Origin: Octopus bimaculoides | Taxonomy: Eukaryota | DNA length: 38,210 bases | Assembly: GCF_001194135.2 (NCBI RefSeq) | Contig: NC_068995.1 | Coordinates: 19,231,414 to 19,269,623, forward strand | Direction: 5' to 3' | Shown here: positions 37,408-38,210 of the stretch, piece by piece | Layout of the letters: every line of letters starts with the position of its first letter | Position numbering within the stretch: position 1 is the stretch's first letter | Notes under the pieces: generated by a model | The model's database searches: none | The model's input: only the letters and a program-made list of their open reading frames with translations | What the model was told of the DNA's origin: nothing | Translations under genes and position numbers: made by a program

Positions 37408-37686
37408 ATGTTTCGTGGTCTGCTACCACAACAGCTCCTTTATAGGATCCAGTTAACTCAAGACATCATCAGGAGGAACCACGTCCGGTTTCGGCCCCTA
37501 CTCCTCTACCGTTTTGACGTGGCGGAGCCCCTCCTTTCGGAGGTGTCTTCAGCTCTGGTGTTGGGTGCATGTCTTCTTTCACTGTTTGTGACTGTTCTAA
37601 TTCAACTGTGGAATGTCCCTCGCTATGGTTATTTTCCAGGAGGTTCTGGCCACACGTCTTACAGTTCATCAACCATATTTGTATAG
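37408..37686 (+). CDS. Hypothetical 92-aa ORF with one hydrophobic stretch (coding status unproven)
   Basis: ATG at 37408 to TAG at 37686. It is also in frame with a strong acceptor-like TTTTTTAG ending at 37389. Leu/Val/Ser richness could be an antisense shadow. Confidence 0.2.
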   Translation: MFRGLLPQQLLYRIQLTQDIIRRNHVRFRPLLLYRFDVAEPLLSEVSSALVLGACLLSLFVTVLIQLWNVPRYGYFPGGSGHTSYSSSTIFV

Positions 37687-37726
37687 AATTTTGTAAATCT
37701 CTGAAGAGGCCTAATGAATCATGCAT
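37469..37726 (-). CDS. Hypothetical 85-aa hydrophilic ORF (coding status unproven)
   Basis: MHDSLGLFRDLQNSIQIWLMNCKTCGQ...GRGSS*, with protein-like composition. Its TGA-TGA stop is the CTGATGA ribozyme-type core. Confidence 0.25.
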   Translation of the reverse strand: MHDSLGLFRDLQNSIQIWLMNCKTCGQNLLENNHSEGHSTVELEQSQTVKEDMHPTPELKTPPKGGAPPRQNGRGVGAETGRGSS

Positions 37727-37830
37727 GTACCCCCATTACATCATTTTCATTTACAAACTATTCCAGCTTACAGGAGCTATAGAGATAGAATGGGGCATGC
37801 CAACGTTAGGCCGAAACAGCTGTAAGATTT
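37695..37830 (+). ncRNA. Type I hammerhead ribozyme, canonical core, extended stem II
   Basis: Stem I AAATCT (37695-37700)/AGATTT (37825-37830); core CTGAAGA (37701-37707); stem II GGCCTAATG (37708-37716)/CGTTAGGCC (37804-37812); GAAAC (37813-37817); loop AGCT; cleavage triplet GTA (37822-37824). Confidence 0.9.
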
Positions 37831-38176
37831 TGTCCCTACTCCAATGCTAAATGTTCTTTAAATTTGAAATCTTAATTATTGATATGACATGGTATGTCAT
37901 AAGTGTCTGTATATTGTGTTTTTTGTCAATTTAGTTATAAAATAAACATATTAATCAACGGAAAACATGGTCTGCAAGTTGATGTGTACCTCATATTCCC
38001 CTCCATTTTCTTATTGCTATATAATTTTAGGGTTAAAATAACCCCCTTTTACCCGCACCCACATATTACATTTGGTATAACACTAGTGTAACAATAATGG
38101 GGTACCCTCCCAGCAGTATATTGGAAAAATATTATCCCTTAGTGGGTTGGATTCCCAACCCTTAACTCTCTTGGAT

Positions 38177-38210
<34 letters not shown>
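38177..38210. repeat. (TA)n microsatellite
   Basis: Direct reading. Confidence 0.95.

Noticed and set aside
37369-37480. UGA-UGA readthrough (selenoprotein) extension of the - ORF: GSS**CLELTGSYKG...
   Set aside because: No SECIS identified, and the TGATGA is better explained as a hammerhead core.

Overview
AT-rich, microsatellite-saturated eukaryotic DNA with five N-gaps. The SINE types and repeat landscape suggest a coleoid cephalopod, probably Octopus (inference from recall, not a search). No host protein-coding gene is recognisable, and nearly all listed ORFs are microsatellite or N artefacts. The window is a transposon graveyard: three tRNA-type SINE families (about 19 copies or fragments, with three inverted arrangements), a full-length decayed mariner with TIRs and TA TSD, other Tc1/mariner-superfamily relics, an R4/Dong LINE 3' end, Helentron/HINE-like elements and Penelope-like relics. 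The standout is at 37.4-37.8 kb: a fully canonical type I hammerhead ribozyme on the + strand (37695-37830) with a long stem II extension and a palindromic AGCT stem III loop. It lies back-to-back with two imperfect hammerhead-like motifs on the - strand, and two overlapping ORFs on opposite strands run between them.
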